A stretch of 64,000 nt of DNA from assembly GCF_009914755.1 (NCBI RefSeq), contig NC_060945.1; one strand, given 5' to 3'. Each line of letters starts with the position of its first letter. Positions within the stretch are counted from its first letter, which is position 1. Made by a program: the position numbers and the translations under genes. The notes under the pieces are model-generated. The model made no database searches. It was not told the DNA's origin and saw only the letters and a list, made by a program, of their open reading frames with translations. The DNA comes from the human T2T-CHM13v2.0 reference genome, Homo sapiens. Shown here piece by piece: positions 62,817 to 64,000 of the stretch.

Positions 62817-62908
62817 CCTCTAAGTCATTTTTAAGTTAAAAAAGTAAGGTATATCAAAAGTTGTGTATCATTTTAAAAATTTTTTTAAAAGGAAGGATGC
62901 TTACTATG

Positions 62909-63359
62909 TGCGATGGTTAATTTTGCATGTCAGCTTGACTGAGTCACAGGGTTCCCAGACATTTGGCCAAAATTTATTGTGAGTATTTCTGTGAGGATGT
63001 TTCTGGATAAAAATAGCATTTGAATTGATAGGCTGAGAAAAACAGCTTGCCCTCCCTAATGTGGTTGGACCTCATCTAGTCTGTTGACGGCCTCAATGGA
63101 ACAAAAATGCTGACCATCCCATCAGCAGAAAGGAACTGCACAGACTGCCTTGAGCTGGGATCTTGGTTCTTTCCTGCCTTTAGACTTGAACTGAAATTCT
63201 GGCTTTTTCTGGGTCTTGAGCCTGCCAGCACTGGAACATTAACTACGCCACGGGCTCTTCTGGGTCTCCAGTTTGCCAACTTCTCTTTGTGGGCCTTGTC
63301 TGTCTTTGTATATGTACATCTTATTGGTTCTGTTTCTGTGGAGAACCCTGACCAATACA
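62909..63359 (+). mobile_element. MLT2 (C/D-like) ERVL solo LTR
   Basis: tgcgatggttaattttgcatgtcagcttgactg...gttctgtttctgtggagaaccctgaccaataca. Confidence 0.88.
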
Positions 63360-63580
63360 AAGTTGATGTAATCACTCAAGGCATTGAATTCACACAAATT
63401 AGAGATTTTAACCAAAATTAAGTCTCTATAATTCCAAGTATGTAAGTTATCACAAGGAACAGGGAAGCCTCAGGAAAAGGAACACAGCTCTCCAGGTGCT
63501 TCCTTATGATGTTGAGTATATTTTATGGCCAAAATTAAAATATGTGTCTTCCATGTAATAACTGTGGCCACATAAATTAA

Positions 63581-63599
63581 ACACACACACACACACACA
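63581..63599. repeat. (CA)n microsatellite
   Basis: About 9 units. Confidence 0.85.
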
Positions 63600-64000
63600 T
63601 GCTAAATATTTCAGTCAAGGAACATCTCCATTTTGCTCAGATGGTAACAAAGCTTACATGACATTTTCCCAGAAGCCATGCCTAGTCAATGTCACCAACT
63701 TGTTTGACAGGAAGTGTGCCATTACCATGCTTACAAGCAGCATAGATCAGGTTGACCATCTGTCTTCTTTCTTGTAGAGGTGAATGCCCTCCCATCATTG
63801 AGGACAGGTGGCTGAGCTGCTGCTTTCATCATTTATTTCCAAGTACTGATATGCATGATCCCATAGGTAGCTGAAGTAGGGGCAAGCAAAATAAATAAGT
63901 AAATAAATAATAAAGCTTTATGAAAAAGAAAAACAGGTTATAGGATAAAGCTTCATTTGTGCAAAATATTTATATAATGAACTATATGTGCATTTTTATA

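Overview
AT-rich, repeat-dense primate genomic DNA (most likely human or hominine, from the AluY and L1PA2 copies) typical of a gene desert or deep intron. I recognise no host protein-coding exon, tRNA, rRNA or snRNA, and I cannot assign a chromosome. The recognisable ORFs are L1 ORF2 fragments or open frames inside Alu/LTR/L2 repeats. Repeats include L1 (L1PA2 to L1M), 8 near-full-length Alus plus two fragments, MaLR/ERV LTRs (THE1, MLT1, MLT2, MER31, MER57), L2, MIR and DNA-transposon MITEs. The notable structure is mechanistic. (i) There are three twin-primed (5'-inverted) L1s, two of them nested: an L1PA3/4 sits in the poly(A) tail of an L1PA5, and both TSD pairs are readable. (ii) Two AT-rich fold-back regions (42.6 kb; 57.3-58.6 kb) have outer ends that are inverted copies of each other, and the larger one carries islands copied from nearby DNA. 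(iii) A ~180 bp sequence I cannot assign to any repeat family occurs twice, 3.85 kb apart. (iv) There are several small template-switch-like scars. I see no evidence for a new coding system. Subfamily calls and the boundaries of old elements are by eye and approximate.
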